Shown piece after piece: positions 29,223 through 37,949 of a DNA stretch of 64,000 nucleotides (the stretch's first letter is position 1; every line of letters begins with the position of its first letter). This DNA comes from Mycobacterium phage prophi79-1. Position numbers and translations under genes: made by a program. The stretch lies in the sequence record MW584153.1; one strand, written 5' to 3'. A model generated the notes under the pieces. The model did not search any database. It was not told where the DNA came from and saw only the letters and a list, made by a program, of their open reading frames with translations.

Positions 29223-31090
29223 ACCTTGGCCCAAGCCCTTCCCATCGGTGCGCGGTCGGTTCTCAAAATCGGGGCACGCTCCGCCCACCGGATAATGAAT
29301 TCTGGTGGTGTACGCATGATTTGCTCGACCTCAATGGCCTGCTCCTCGGTGGCGTCTATGACCAGCTCATCGTGCATACCGAGCACCACCAGGTCGCCGA
29401 GACCGCGCCGTTCCATCTCGACGATGGTGTGGGCGAGAAAGTCGTACGCCGACCCCTGCACCGTGTAGTTGACCGCGATGTAGCTGCCTTTCGAGTGCAC
29501 GTGCAGGATGCGTCCCGATGCTGTGACGACCTTGCCGTAGTCCTCGGCGATGGACTGAACTTTCGTCATCCAGCGCGCGCTGGCGGGCATAGCCGAGAGC
29601 ATTTGACGGCGGATCTGTGCTGCCTTCTCCTCGCTGGTCTTGGTGCGCCGTGCCAATCCGGGAATGCCCTGGCCGTACATCGTGGCCAGCAGGTTCACCT
29701 TCGCCGATGGTCGATCGATGCCGGCCGCGCGCATCAGTGGTTCGTACAGGTCATCCCCGGCCTCATACGGCGCGACGAACACATCGTCCTTGGCCATCAG
29801 CCCCATGGTTACCGGCTCGATTTGGCTCCAGTCGATGGACCAGAGCTGTTGTCCTGGGCCGGTGCACCGAGACTCCATCTCGCCCTTGTCGTTGGTGAAC
29901 CACTCCACGTTCTCGTCGGCGTTCGGGTTATCGGACAGGAAGATTGGCCGCGCCTTGGCGGAGAACTGCTGGTACGGGGGCTCGCTGGCGGCCATGCGTC
30001 CCGTCGCGCTGGCACCGAGGATGCCGACCTGCGGGTAACACCGTCCCGCCATCTGTGCCTGGAAGTCGACCTTGTTGAGGTACCCGAGCACCTTGTCGGT
30101 CTTTCCGAGGGTGAGCTGTGCCTGTGCCAGCGGATGGTCGAACTCTTCCAGCAGTTCCTTGGTCGCCTGCAGCTTGCCGCCCTTGGTGCGGGGCCAATTG
30201 GGCGGCAGTTCGCCCAGCTGGTGGATGTACTCGATGATCTTGCCGCCCTTGCTCGCCCCGCCGACGAGGCCGTGCTCGGCCAGCAGCGCGGCGGCCATTT
30301 GGCGATCGCCGTCGACAGATTCGGCATACCGGCTCAGGGCCTCTCGGTCGGTGTTGATCCCGCGGGCAGTGCGGCGCAACATGACTCGATGCACAGTCTC
30401 TTGGACCTCGATCAACGCGTCGGCTTCGGCCTCGGTGGTGGCGCCGTAATGCACGAACGGGTGGTCCATCAGCCAGTCCCGGCACAGCTGGCGCATTACC
30501 GGTTCCAGTCGCAACGTTGCGATGGTGTCTGCCATCGCGCCCTGGCGGTAGATGGGGGAGTCGATGTCCATGCCCTCGTACCCGGCGTCCTCAGACTTGT
30601 ATCCAGCGGCCTTGAACGCCTTCTTCATTCCGCCGGCGAACTCACCCATGCCCAGGTACCTGGTCGACAGAGATGACAGGTTCTTGGCCTGCATCACGTC
30701 AGGGATCGCCATTCTGGCTAGCACCAAGGTGTCCACCACCTTGTTGACATCCGCGAGGTTCATGAGGTTGTGGTGGACCAACGCAGGTGCGTCAAACGGG
30801 CTGTTGTGCAGGATCAACCGGCCGGCGGCCCAGATCAAATACTGGACTCGCTTCACGTCGTCGGGATTGCGTCGCGGATCCAAGAGCACTGCGTGCACAT
30901 TGCCGTCCTGATGCACCCACGATGCGGTAACGCAGTTGATCGTGAATTGGTCAATCAGACCAGGCGTCTCGATATCGATGGCAATGTCTGTCCCGGTCAG
31001 GAACACGTCGGCATACACCCGCGCGTCTTCCCCCGTGTGCAGGTAGGCGTCGAGCACTGGGTCGTAGTGAGTGCGGTCAGGGACGTGCAT
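29219..31090 (-). CDS. DNA polymerase I (3'-5' exonuclease + polymerase domains, no 5' nuclease)
   Basis: Exo I motif IDIETPGL. Polymerase motifs RRTAKA-like (RRTKTSEE), YTVQGSAYDF and VLGMHDELV. Preferred start is the ATG with a GAGGAG SD at 31090 (alternative 31144). Confidence 0.85.
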   Translation of the reverse strand: MHVPDRTHYDPVLDAYLHTGEDARVYADVFLTGTDIAIDIETPGLIDQFTINCVTASWVHQDGNVHAVLLDPRRNPDDVKRVQYLIWAAGRLILHNSPFDAPALVHHNLMNLADVNKVVDTLVLARMAIPDVMQAKNLSSLSTRYLGMGEFAGGMKKAFKAAGYKSEDAGYEGMDIDSPIYRQGAMADTIATLRLEPVMRQLCRDWLMDHPFVHYGATTEAEADALIEVQETVHRVMLRRTARGINTDREALSRYAESVDGDRQMAAALLAEHGLVGGASKGGKIIEYIHQLGELPPNWPRTKGGKLQATKELLEEFDHPLAQAQLTLGKTDKVLGYLNKVDFQAQMAGRCYPQVGILGASATGRMAASEPPYQQFSAKARPIFLSDNPNADENVEWFTNDKGEMESRCTGPGQQLWSIDWSQIEPVTMGLMAKDDVFVAPYEAGDDLYEPLMRAAGIDRPSAKVNLLATMYGQGIPGLARRTKTSEEKAAQIRRQMLSAMPASARWMTKVQSIAEDYGKVVTASGRILHVHSKGSYIAVNYTVQGSAYDFLAHTIVEMERRGLGDLVVLGMHDELVIDATEEQAIEVEQIMRTPPEFIIRWAERAPILRTDRAPMGRAWAKV

Positions 31091-31271
31091 CGTTCTCCTC
31101 GGCAGTTGTGAGATTGGGGCACTCGACAAATCGTTCGGGCTCATGTGACCACCGATACCCGTGCGGGCCCGGGGCCATTACGGCGAACAATGCAGATGCG
31201 CAATCTGGGCAGTCGCCGAGGTCTCCGTATCCAGATGGTTTCGGCGGGTATCGCAGAACGTGGGCGCTCAC
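31077..31271 (-). CDS. small CxxC protein (64 aa)
   Basis: GTGA overlap with the upstream stop. GC3 only moderate. Confidence 0.3.
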   Translation of the reverse strand: MSAHVLRYPPKPSGYGDLGDCPDCASALFAVMAPGPHGYRWSHEPERFVECPNLTTAEENDARP

Positions 31272-32059
31272 GCGGCAGCTCTCCGCTCCAGCTCGGCGAT
31301 GATCAGCGGCATGATGTCGCGAGCGAATGACGTTCCCCGCGTGGCGCGAAGCTTCACCAGCACCGCGGTCTCGGCGTCGGTGACGTAACTGTTGTCGTGC
31401 CGGATATGCGCGACTGCCGACTGCAGTACCTCTCGGGTGATCGAGAGGTCCGGCTCTGTCTCGGGTTTCACGATCGGCGTAAGGGGCTCGGTGAGCTCCC
31501 ATATCCCCGTGTCGTTGGCTGGCACCGTGTAGATCGAAGACTTGCCCCCATATTCGCACCGATGTGCGGCGTGGGCGAGGCGGCTGTACGGAGTGCACGC
31601 GGCGACCGTCAGGCCGAGCTTCGGCTTCACGTTGACCAGGTGCAAGCTGTGTCCGTCCGTCGCCCAGACGAACGTGCCGGTTACCCTGCCTCGCCCCATT
31701 CGATCTGAGGGAGCGTCACACCAGTAGCTCAAACCCAGTGCCGCGCAGGCAGCGATCGTCTCGACGGTGCCGCGCGGAATGGGCCGCGGCTTGGGTGACT
31801 TACTCGGCGGTTTCCACCGGTCCACCACGATTTCGTGCTTGCGCCAGCGCAGTCCGGCCGCCGCGAGTCCGTCGTTGAAGCCAGGCGATGACGGCTCTCT
31901 TGGATCCGGTATCCATGCAGACTCGTCGTCGTAGTTGCTCAGCGGTGGCTGATATCTCGTCTTGGTACCTGTGAATTTGGGCGCATACTTCTCGCCGATC
32001 TCCCTAGCGCGCTGGAACTTCTTCTCTCGTGTGGCGATCTCATCGATTACTGATGGCAT
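31268..32059 (-). CDS. hypothetical protein
   Basis: 263 aa, good composition. Confidence 0.6.
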   Translation of the reverse strand: MPSVIDEIATREKKFQRAREIGEKYAPKFTGTKTRYQPPLSNYDDESAWIPDPREPSSPGFNDGLAAAGLRWRKHEIVVDRWKPPSKSPKPRPIPRGTVETIAACAALGLSYWCDAPSDRMGRGRVTGTFVWATDGHSLHLVNVKPKLGLTVAACTPYSRLAHAAHRCEYGGKSSIYTVPANDTGIWELTEPLTPIVKPETEPDLSITREVLQSAVAHIRHDNSYVTDAETAVLVKLRATRGTSFARDIMPLIIAELERRAAA

Positions 32060-32127
32060 GGGTTCTGTCCCTTCGATGTGTCGGTTCAGTCCGACGCTGT
32101 GGTGGAGCGGGATGTGCGGTTATGGCG

Positions 32128-32379
32128 CTATAACGCTGGAACGATCCTGCGCAGTGCAGTGTCGATGTGGGCGTCCCCGTAGTCGCCGTAGGCCCATGGA
32201 CGCTCCCAGCCGCGACGACTGACCTCATTGAGTAGATCCCAGCGGTATCGCATATTCAGGTCTCGGACCTGGTCGGCGCGCGGGAACTCGCCGCTGCGAT
32301 ACCGCTCCCGACGCTCCGCGGTGTCGAGCGGCTCGATGGCGGTGCGCAGCTGGTCGTAGTGTGCGCTGGTCATTTTCAT
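32128..32379 (-). CDS. hypothetical protein
   Basis: 83 aa. Confidence 0.5.
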   Translation of the reverse strand: MKMTSAHYDQLRTAIEPLDTAERRERYRSGEFPRADQVRDLNMRYRWDLLNEVSRRGWERPWAYGDYGDAHIDTALRRIVPAL

Positions 32380-32558
32380 GAGTCACTGTCGTCCGTGCGA
32401 TGGCGGCCGACGTATTGGTTCTGCGAAGACCGCGGACAAATCAGAGGAGCGCGGGTGAAGAAGTACGGAGCCGCATGTCGACCCTCGTCCCATAGCGGGT
32501 GCAAGGGCGTAATACCCATTTCAATGCGGCCGACGACCGTGAATCCAGCGAGGTTCAT
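32376..32558 (-). CDS. hypothetical protein
   Basis: 60 aa, ATGA overlaps, GC3 about 70%. Confidence 0.4.
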   Translation of the reverse strand: MNLAGFTVVGRIEMGITPLHPLWDEGRHAAPYFFTRAPLICPRSSQNQYVGRHRTDDSDS

Positions 32559-32767
32559 CGGCCACCTCCACGGTTGCGAACTCCCTCGATTGCATAACCG
32601 ATCAGTGGACGCGCCACCTCAATGTCGACCCCCGGCGTCAGCCATGTGGCGATCAGTTCTACGATTCCGCGGTCGTAGTCGATGTCACCACGTCCATTGA
32701 ACTCTGAGAGTGAGGCGGCGGCCTCCAGCATCTCGGTGACGTTGGGCGTGGAGTCGTGCGCGCTCAT
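32555..32767 (-). CDS. hypothetical protein
   Basis: 70 aa. Confidence 0.45.
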   Translation of the reverse strand: MSAHDSTPNVTEMLEAAASLSEFNGRGDIDYDRGIVELIATWLTPGVDIEVARPLIGYAIEGVRNRGGGR

Positions 32768-33057
32768 CGTGCACCGTCCTCAAGCCAGCCGATTACCTGG
32801 TCGGTGACATCGGTCCGCGCGACGACGGTTTGACGGCTCGACCGCAGCTGGCCGTCGCGGATGTGAACCCCGACCTGAGTGGTCACACCGTCGCGGGTGC
32901 GCTCGGCGGTGAAGTACCGCGGGTCCCGCCGGCGCACAGCCCATCCGAAGTCGAGCGCCTGGCGCTCCAAGAACATCGACGTGGTGTAGTCGATCTGCGT
33001 TCCGAGATCGGGCGCTGGGCCCGTCGCACCGGGGAACTGGATCACGATGGCGCTCAT
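32764..33057 (-). CDS. hypothetical protein
   Basis: 97 aa. Confidence 0.5.
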   Translation of the reverse strand: MSAIVIQFPGATGPAPDLGTQIDYTTSMFLERQALDFGWAVRRRDPRYFTAERTRDGVTTQVGVHIRDGQLRSSRQTVVARTDVTDQVIGWLEDGAR

Positions 33058-33434
33058 GCGAACACCCCACGTGGCGTGGTGCTGATGGCGTTCAGTGCGC
33101 GAAGTGCCATGCGGTACTCGAACTTCTGGGCCTGTGTCCAGCTGTAGCCGGGGAATGCGCGTTTGATCGTGGTTCGTCCGCGTCCGATGGTTCGGGCTAC
33201 CTCTCGATAGTTCGCACCGTCTTCGAGCAGTCGAAGTGCCGTTGCGCGTTCCTCTTCGGTCAAGGGCGCGGGGGTGGGAGTGACCGGTAGGCCGGCAGCC
33301 TTGCGGTCACGTAAGACGGTGCGATCGCTGACGCCGAGCTTGACCGCGATCTCTTGGTCGGTGTAGCCCCCACGCGAAAGTGTCGCGACGCGGGCGACTC
33401 GCTCTTGGATGCTGCTGAAATGGGCATGAGACAT
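33054..33434 (-). CDS. helix-turn-helix DNA-binding protein (two sigma-region-4-like HTH); first gene of the leftward early operon
   Basis: Start MSHAHF directly downstream of the full conserved promoter/operator/leader module. HTH segments YTDQEIAVKLGVSDRTV and ANYREVARTIGRGRTTIKRA. Confidence 0.6.
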   Translation of the reverse strand: MSHAHFSSIQERVARVATLSRGGYTDQEIAVKLGVSDRTVLRDRKAAGLPVTPTPAPLTEEERATALRLLEDGANYREVARTIGRGRTTIKRAFPGYSWTQAQKFEYRMALRALNAISTTPRGVFA

Positions 33435-33453
33435 AAGGTTCGTTCCTTCCGTC

Positions 33454-33513
33454 GGTGGGTTTGTTCCCTGCCTGACTGGACTGACATTACCCATTACCAT
33501 GGGTAGAGTCAAC
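33454..33513 (-). promoter_or_regulatory. conserved promoter/operator/leader module (TTGACTC, palindrome TACCCATTACCATGGGTA, AGGCAGGGAACAAACCCACC, GGAAGGAAC SD)
   Basis: Same architecture recurs at about 16.3, 17.0, 25.3, 36.9, 43.4 and 50.8 kb. Confidence 0.6.
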
Positions 33514-33656
33514 AACTCGGGCCGATGGGATATCGGCTGTGAGCTGCAATGATGCTGCGCGAATCTACCCGGGTCTAAAGGTAATTCAGTGGGTGCGGCG
33601 GTGCCGACCCTGACGATGACAATGCCATAGGTTCTCGGTGCTGTCGCGCACCGCGC

Positions 33657-33911
33657 CTATGAGGTCGCGGCGAAACCTACCCGCGCGCCCCGTCGCATGC
33701 GTGATTTGTCGAGCTGGATCGCCAGCATGAGTGCCTCGCGCGGGCCGTCGGCGAGAGCGGATAGAAGGTCCGGCAGCACCCCTCGCGCGTCCAGTTCTTC
33801 GGCGAGTGTGGCTAGTGCTCCGGTCTGCCGTTGTGATGGTGGCATCTGGCTGATCGAGCCGAGCCCGAAGGCGACCACAGCAACGGTCTGATGTTCGAGT
33901 GGACGGGTCAT
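33657..33911 (-). CDS. hypothetical protein
   Basis: 84 aa, GC3 about 65%, ATGA overlap with the AP2 gene. Confidence 0.4.
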   Translation of the reverse strand: MTRPLEHQTVAVVAFGLGSISQMPPSQRQTGALATLAEELDARGVLPDLLSALADGPREALMLAIQLDKSRMRRGARVGFAATS

Positions 33912-34468
33912 TTCTTGCGACCTTTCGCCGCGGTGCGTGCAGTGTCGATCGCGGCCTGGGTGAGGCGGTAGGCCCGTTTGTCGCGATGCGGATCAGTGAA
34001 CGGATCTACCTGCGGCGTCCGCGATTTGGTGGGTTTGGCCTGATCAGAGCGGGGTAGTGGCTTGCGTTCACCGGCGTAGACCTGTCGCGCTACCTCGGCG
34101 GCGACGTTCAGGTTCTCGTGCAGTCCGAAGCTGCAGTAGCGGCCGTCGACCTTGATGCGAACGTGGTACTTGCCCGATTGCTGGTTGAAGCTGACACCGC
34201 GTACTCCGGTGCCGCTGCGCGGTGACGCTGACTCGCTCACCGTGTACGGCTTGCGCGGCCCCGCAGCTGGTCTGCGCTCGCTGCTGTACCGCGCCCTGGT
34301 GTTGGCGCCCGGTGCGAGCTTTCCCGCAGCCGCGAGTGCAGCTGTTTGCTCGGCCTCGCCCTGGTCATCGAAGTAGCCGTAGCTTCCGGCGTGCGGTCCG
34401 CGCCGAAGGTGCACACGCCACCGGCCAGCCGAGGGCGCCCAATACACGCCTGGCACAGTGGATTTCAT
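33908..34468 (-). CDS. AP2-domain (two copies) DNA-binding protein, leaderless; candidate lysogeny regulator
   Basis: GVYWAPSAGRWRVHL and RGVSFNQQSGKYHVRIKVDGRYCSFGLHENLNVAAEVAR are AP2/integrase-type DNA-binding signatures. TATGTT hexamer ends 7 nt before the ATG. Confidence 0.6.
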   Translation of the reverse strand: MKSTVPGVYWAPSAGRWRVHLRRGPHAGSYGYFDDQGEAEQTAALAAAGKLAPGANTRARYSSERRPAAGPRKPYTVSESASPRSGTGVRGVSFNQQSGKYHVRIKVDGRYCSFGLHENLNVAAEVARQVYAGERKPLPRSDQAKPTKSRTPQVDPFTDPHRDKRAYRLTQAAIDTARTAAKGRKK

Positions 34469-34969
34469 GTCCCTAACATATCATGTCAAAAATGACAGTG
34501 CTTGACACCAGGTGTTAGGATCAACGCCGAGGAGCGCGGGAGGCCCCAAGGCCGGGAGCGCGACGAGGCGGACATTAGATGTCTGTTATTCATCATCGTT
34601 ATCACGCGCGCGGACGATTGACACTAGTACATCATGTCAATGTCATTGGACACGAGGGTATTTCATAGCAGCTGACCACCGGACTTGTGCTGGATGCCGG
34701 GGGAGAACGCGCGTCCTCGCTCCGCTTGGGCTGCACTCGTCGCGCACCCTCGCAGGCGATAGCGAAGTCACCGTGGGGTCGCGTGAGATGTCCTTGACCG
34801 GTGAGCTGCGCGTCCCTGTGGTCGTCAGCAGCCGTGCAAGACAGCAGTGATGCCTGTAGGGGACAGGGTGAGCTGGATCGAGTGTCTGCGTGGATCTCAG
34901 GGGCAGGAATACCTGTGTGCGTAGAGCTGTGGGAGCAGCTGTGCTGTCAGTTCAGCCCGTACTCGTACC
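34469..34969. promoter_or_regulatory. divergent switch region with TGTCA/TGACA inverted repeats (CCTAACAtatcaTGTCAaaaaTGACAgtgcttgacaccaggTGTTAGG; TGTCAATGtCATTGGACA)
   Basis: About 500 bp non-coding, relatively AT-rich, between the leftward AP2 gene and the rightward RHH/HTH genes. Confidence 0.55.
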
Positions 34970-35176
34970 GTGCAGGACATGGAGGACTTGCCCACCAAAC
35001 GAACAGTCCGGGCGCGCGAAACTATCTGGAGACGGCTGAAATCGGAGGCGTCACTCGAAGGCCGGACGCTCGACGAGTTCTTCGAGTCGGTGCTCGATGA
35101 CCGGGACCGGCGGCGCGAGAAGGCCAAACGGCTGCAGAAGTCCCCGCTGCACCGGGTGGAGGTTGATGCGCTGTGA
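34970..35176 (+). CDS. ribbon-helix-helix (CopG/Arc-like) protein
   Basis: KRTVRARETIWRRLKSEASLEGRTLDEFFESVL. 68 aa. Start could be the ATG at 34979. Confidence 0.5.
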   Translation: MQDMEDLPTKRTVRARETIWRRLKSEASLEGRTLDEFFESVLDDRDRRREKAKRLQKSPLHRVEVDAL

Positions 35177-35772
35177 GCGGTGATATCGAGGCGTTCGTCA
35201 ACGGCACGTCTCCCGAGGACGAGACGCTGTTCGAGCGCCGGATGCGGGTCGTCATGCTGCGCAACGCGGGCGTGACGTTCACCGACATCGCCCGACAGCT
35301 CAAGATCAGCGCCACGCAGGCGCGCAAGGACCTGTCGGCCGGGCTGCGGGATATCTTGGCCGACACCGCCGAAGACATGATCGCCCGCCAGCGCAGCGTC
35401 ACGCTGGACCTGCAGAAGGCGAACTACAAGAAGATGCTCGAAGGCGACATCGATGCGGGCCGGTTGATCCTGGCGGCGCTCGAACGCGAGGCCAAGCTGT
35501 TCGGGCTGGACGCCCCGACGCGCGTCAACGTCGGTGTTAGCGACATCGAGTTCGCCGAGAAGACGGCGGCGCTGATCGAATCGGTGGGCGGCACACCGCC
35601 GGCCGATCTGCTCAAGGCGATCGGGCACCGCGCCGGTGCGACCAGGGACGGGGGAGACGCGGCCGTCATCGACGCCGAGGTCGTGACCGAGGACCGCGCC
35701 GAGCCGGTCGCCGCCCCGGCGCCGGCACCCGGCTGGCAGCCGGTCGCGGCCGACGAGTGGTCCAATATCTGA
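35173..35772 (+). CDS. helix-turn-helix DNA-binding protein
   Basis: GTGA overlap start. HTH VTFTDIARQLKISATQARKDL. 199 aa. Confidence 0.6.
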   Translation: MSGDIEAFVNGTSPEDETLFERRMRVVMLRNAGVTFTDIARQLKISATQARKDLSAGLRDILADTAEDMIARQRSVTLDLQKANYKKMLEGDIDAGRLILAALEREAKLFGLDAPTRVNVGVSDIEFAEKTAALIESVGGTPPADLLKAIGHRAGATRDGGDAAVIDAEVVTEDRAEPVAAPAPAPGWQPVAADEWSNI

Positions 35773-35783
35773 CACACGAGAAA

Positions 35784-35812
35784 GCCCCCGCCACGTGGGG
35801 CATGGCGGGGGC
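35784..35812 (-). terminator. hairpin terminator (GCCCCCGCCA...TGGCGGGGGC) followed by a T-tract on the minus strand
   Basis: Perfect 10-bp stem between convergent genes. Confidence 0.55.
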
Positions 35813-35920
35813 GTGGCACTGACCGTACTGGCTATCGGTCGTCCTCGTCAGCGGTCTCGGCCTCATCCACCTCGGCCGTGATGTCTGCGATCAGACGGTC
35901 TTTGGGATCCACGGGCCCGG

Positions 35921-36142
35921 TCACCGGTCGCCCTCCGGCCCACAGATCCGGTTGCCCATGGTGGCGCAGTCCCAGCCCGGCTCGTCTTCCTCGGGCTCGC
36001 TGGCGGGCACCGAGTGCACCACCGACGGCGTGGCCGGTGTCGGGATCACGGTCGGGGTAGCCCCTGCGGGGTCAGCGATAGCGCCGGCCATCACCAGCGC
36101 GCCCGCGGCCATCGCCAGCGTGAGGCGGTCGTACAGCTTCAT
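35921..36142 (-). CDS. small secreted protein (signal peptide)
   Basis: MKLYDRLTLAMAAGALVMAGAIA signal-like N-terminus. A possible 24-aa ORF is coupled upstream. Confidence 0.5.
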   Translation of the reverse strand: MKLYDRLTLAMAAGALVMAGAIADPAGATPTVIPTPATPSVVHSVPASEPEEDEPGWDCATMGNRICGPEGDR

Positions 36143-36328
36143 CGCCCCACCGCCCAGGAGGCGGTGATCTCGATGCCGAACAGCCGCCAGGTGCGGCTAC
36201 GGATAACGGTCATAGGGTTCAGTCCCTTCTCTGCGGGGTTCAATCCCCGTGTGGCGCTGGCCTATCCAGAGCCCAACCCCGACCTGGTGCAGGCGGTGTT
36301 CCTGTACCAGGGCGAGGCAAGGCACTGG

Positions 36329-36820
36329 CTACTTGGCAGCGGCCTTGTCGACCTTGGGCTCGTCCATCACCTTGATCAGCGCCAGGCCCTTGCCGGACTC
36401 GTACTCGGCGACCTGCGCAGCCGGAACCTTCAGGAAGTCGGTGGCCTTGTCCTTGGGGGCTAGCCAGTTGTGCACGCGCTCCACCTTCAGCTTCGAGCCG
36501 GGGATGATCTGGTCGATGGGCTTGGTGCCCTCCAGCTTCTCGGCCCTGGTCACCAGGTCGCTAGCACCGTGGTGGACGTGCACCACGGTGTCGCCCTTGG
36601 TGTACTGGTCAACGTTGGTGCTGATTTGCTCGAACGCCCAGCCATTGGCCTGAGCTGCGTAGCGCACAGCCACCCGGAACTTGGTCGCGCTGGTGACCTT
36701 CTTGCTCAGCACCACGGGGGCGGGCTCGGGCTTGGGGGCAGCGGCCTTAGCCGGTGCAGGTGTGGTCGCAGCCTTGGCAGCACGGGTGGCAGGCTTGCGG
36801 GCAGGGGCAGTAACAGACAT
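36329..36820 (-). CDS. protein with N-terminal Ala/Lys/Pro-rich histone-H1/HupB-tail-like region
   Basis: AAKAATTPAPAKAAAPKPEPAP tail. ATG abuts the GAAGGGATTGAACCC leader. Confidence 0.6.
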   Translation of the reverse strand: MSVTAPARKPATRAAKAATTPAPAKAAAPKPEPAPVVLSKKVTSATKFRVAVRYAAQANGWAFEQISTNVDQYTKGDTVVHVHHGASDLVTRAEKLEGTKPIDQIIPGSKLKVERVHNWLAPKDKATDFLKVPAAQVAEYESGKGLALIKVMDEPKVDKAAAK

Positions 36821-36962
36821 GGGTTCAATCCCTTCATCGGTGTGCTCACCTCTTGGTGAACTACCTATAACCTACAGTGCTATCCGTCCTCTCGCAAGGT
36901 TTGCCCGACCGAGCCCATAGGACCGAATATGAGCGCGAAAATTTTGACGAACCTCGGAAAAC

Positions 36963-36988
36963 ACACTACCTATTGTTATAGGTAGTGT
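36963..36988 (-). promoter_or_regulatory. operator palindrome ACACTACCTATTGTTATAGGTAGTGT
   Basis: 12-bp perfect arms. Same half-site as the other modules. Confidence 0.55.
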
Positions 36989-37007
36989 CATTTGCGGTGC
37001 CCATGGG

Positions 37008-37303
37008 CTACGGCGTCAGGTGATCCTGCGGAGCCCATGGGTAAGGGTCCTGGCCGGCGCCGGGTACGTCATAGCAGTTGCCGCCACTGATGTATCCGCC
37101 GCCACCGCCCCACGTCGGGGTGTTGTAGAAGCACCGTCGCCACGAACCGTCGGCGCGCACCGGGCCATCGCAGTACGACACCATCGCGCGCGGCTCGCAG
37201 TACTGATCCGCCTTGGCCGGCGCCGCGAATCCAACTGCTGCCACCCCTGACGCTGCCAGCATCGACACGACGAAACCCGCCCTGGCCTTCATGTATTTGT
37301 CTC
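37008..37303 (-). CDS. small secreted Cys-containing Gly-rich protein
   Basis: Signal peptide ...AAPAKA, then CEPRAMVSYCDG...GGGGGYISGGNCYD. The Arg-rich upstream part of the track ORF was rejected. Confidence 0.45.
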
Positions 37304-37458
37304 CCATCATCGCCCGAACGGGCGCCGTATTGCCGGGAATCCTATTGCAGGACACCGACATCGACATCGACTGTGGTAACCGATGTTTACAGGTCCATCT
37401 TGTGCAGTGATCCCACAAGGACGTACTGTTCCTCCACCCCAACGGAGAGGTACGCGCA

Positions 37459-37947
37459 ATGACAACCGACAATTCGCCTCGACTGCCGATCCTGCTGCCC
37501 TTCGTGGCCGGGGGTGTCCTGTTCTCAGCCATCACGGGCGCCGTTGTCTACGGCACGATGAACAAGGAGCTGCGCCGCGTCGAGGCGAAGTACGACGCCG
37601 ACTACAGCCGCAAACAAATGCGGTCGGTCCTGAGCGGTGGCGACTATACGGAACGAACAGTGACCATGACCGTGACGGCAACCCCGGCGCCACCTCCCGA
37701 CATCCAGACGGCTACTGAGACAACGATTCCCGGAGACGGCACGTACCGGGTAGGCCCCGAAGTGACGCCCGGAACCTACAGGTCCCTCGGCAACACCGAC
37801 TGCTACTGGGAAAAGCAGAATGCGAACGGGGGGATCGTGGCGAATCAATTAGGCGATGGGCAGATGCTTGTCATCGTGACCGCCCACGAGGGGTTCTTCC
37901 GCACCCAGCACTGCCAGCCGTGGATGAAGGTCGGGAGTCCTCGCTAG
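37459..37947 (+). CDS. membrane-anchored protein (N-terminal TM, Thr/Pro linker, C-terminal domain)
   Basis: 162 aa. Rightward gene embedded among leftward genes. Confidence 0.6.
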   Translation: MTTDNSPRLPILLPFVAGGVLFSAITGAVVYGTMNKELRRVEAKYDADYSRKQMRSVLSGGDYTERTVTMTVTATPAPPPDIQTATETTIPGDGTYRVGPEVTPGTYRSLGNTDCYWEKQNANGGIVANQLGDGQMLVIVTAHEGFFRTQHCQPWMKVGSPR

Positions 37948-37949
37948 CG

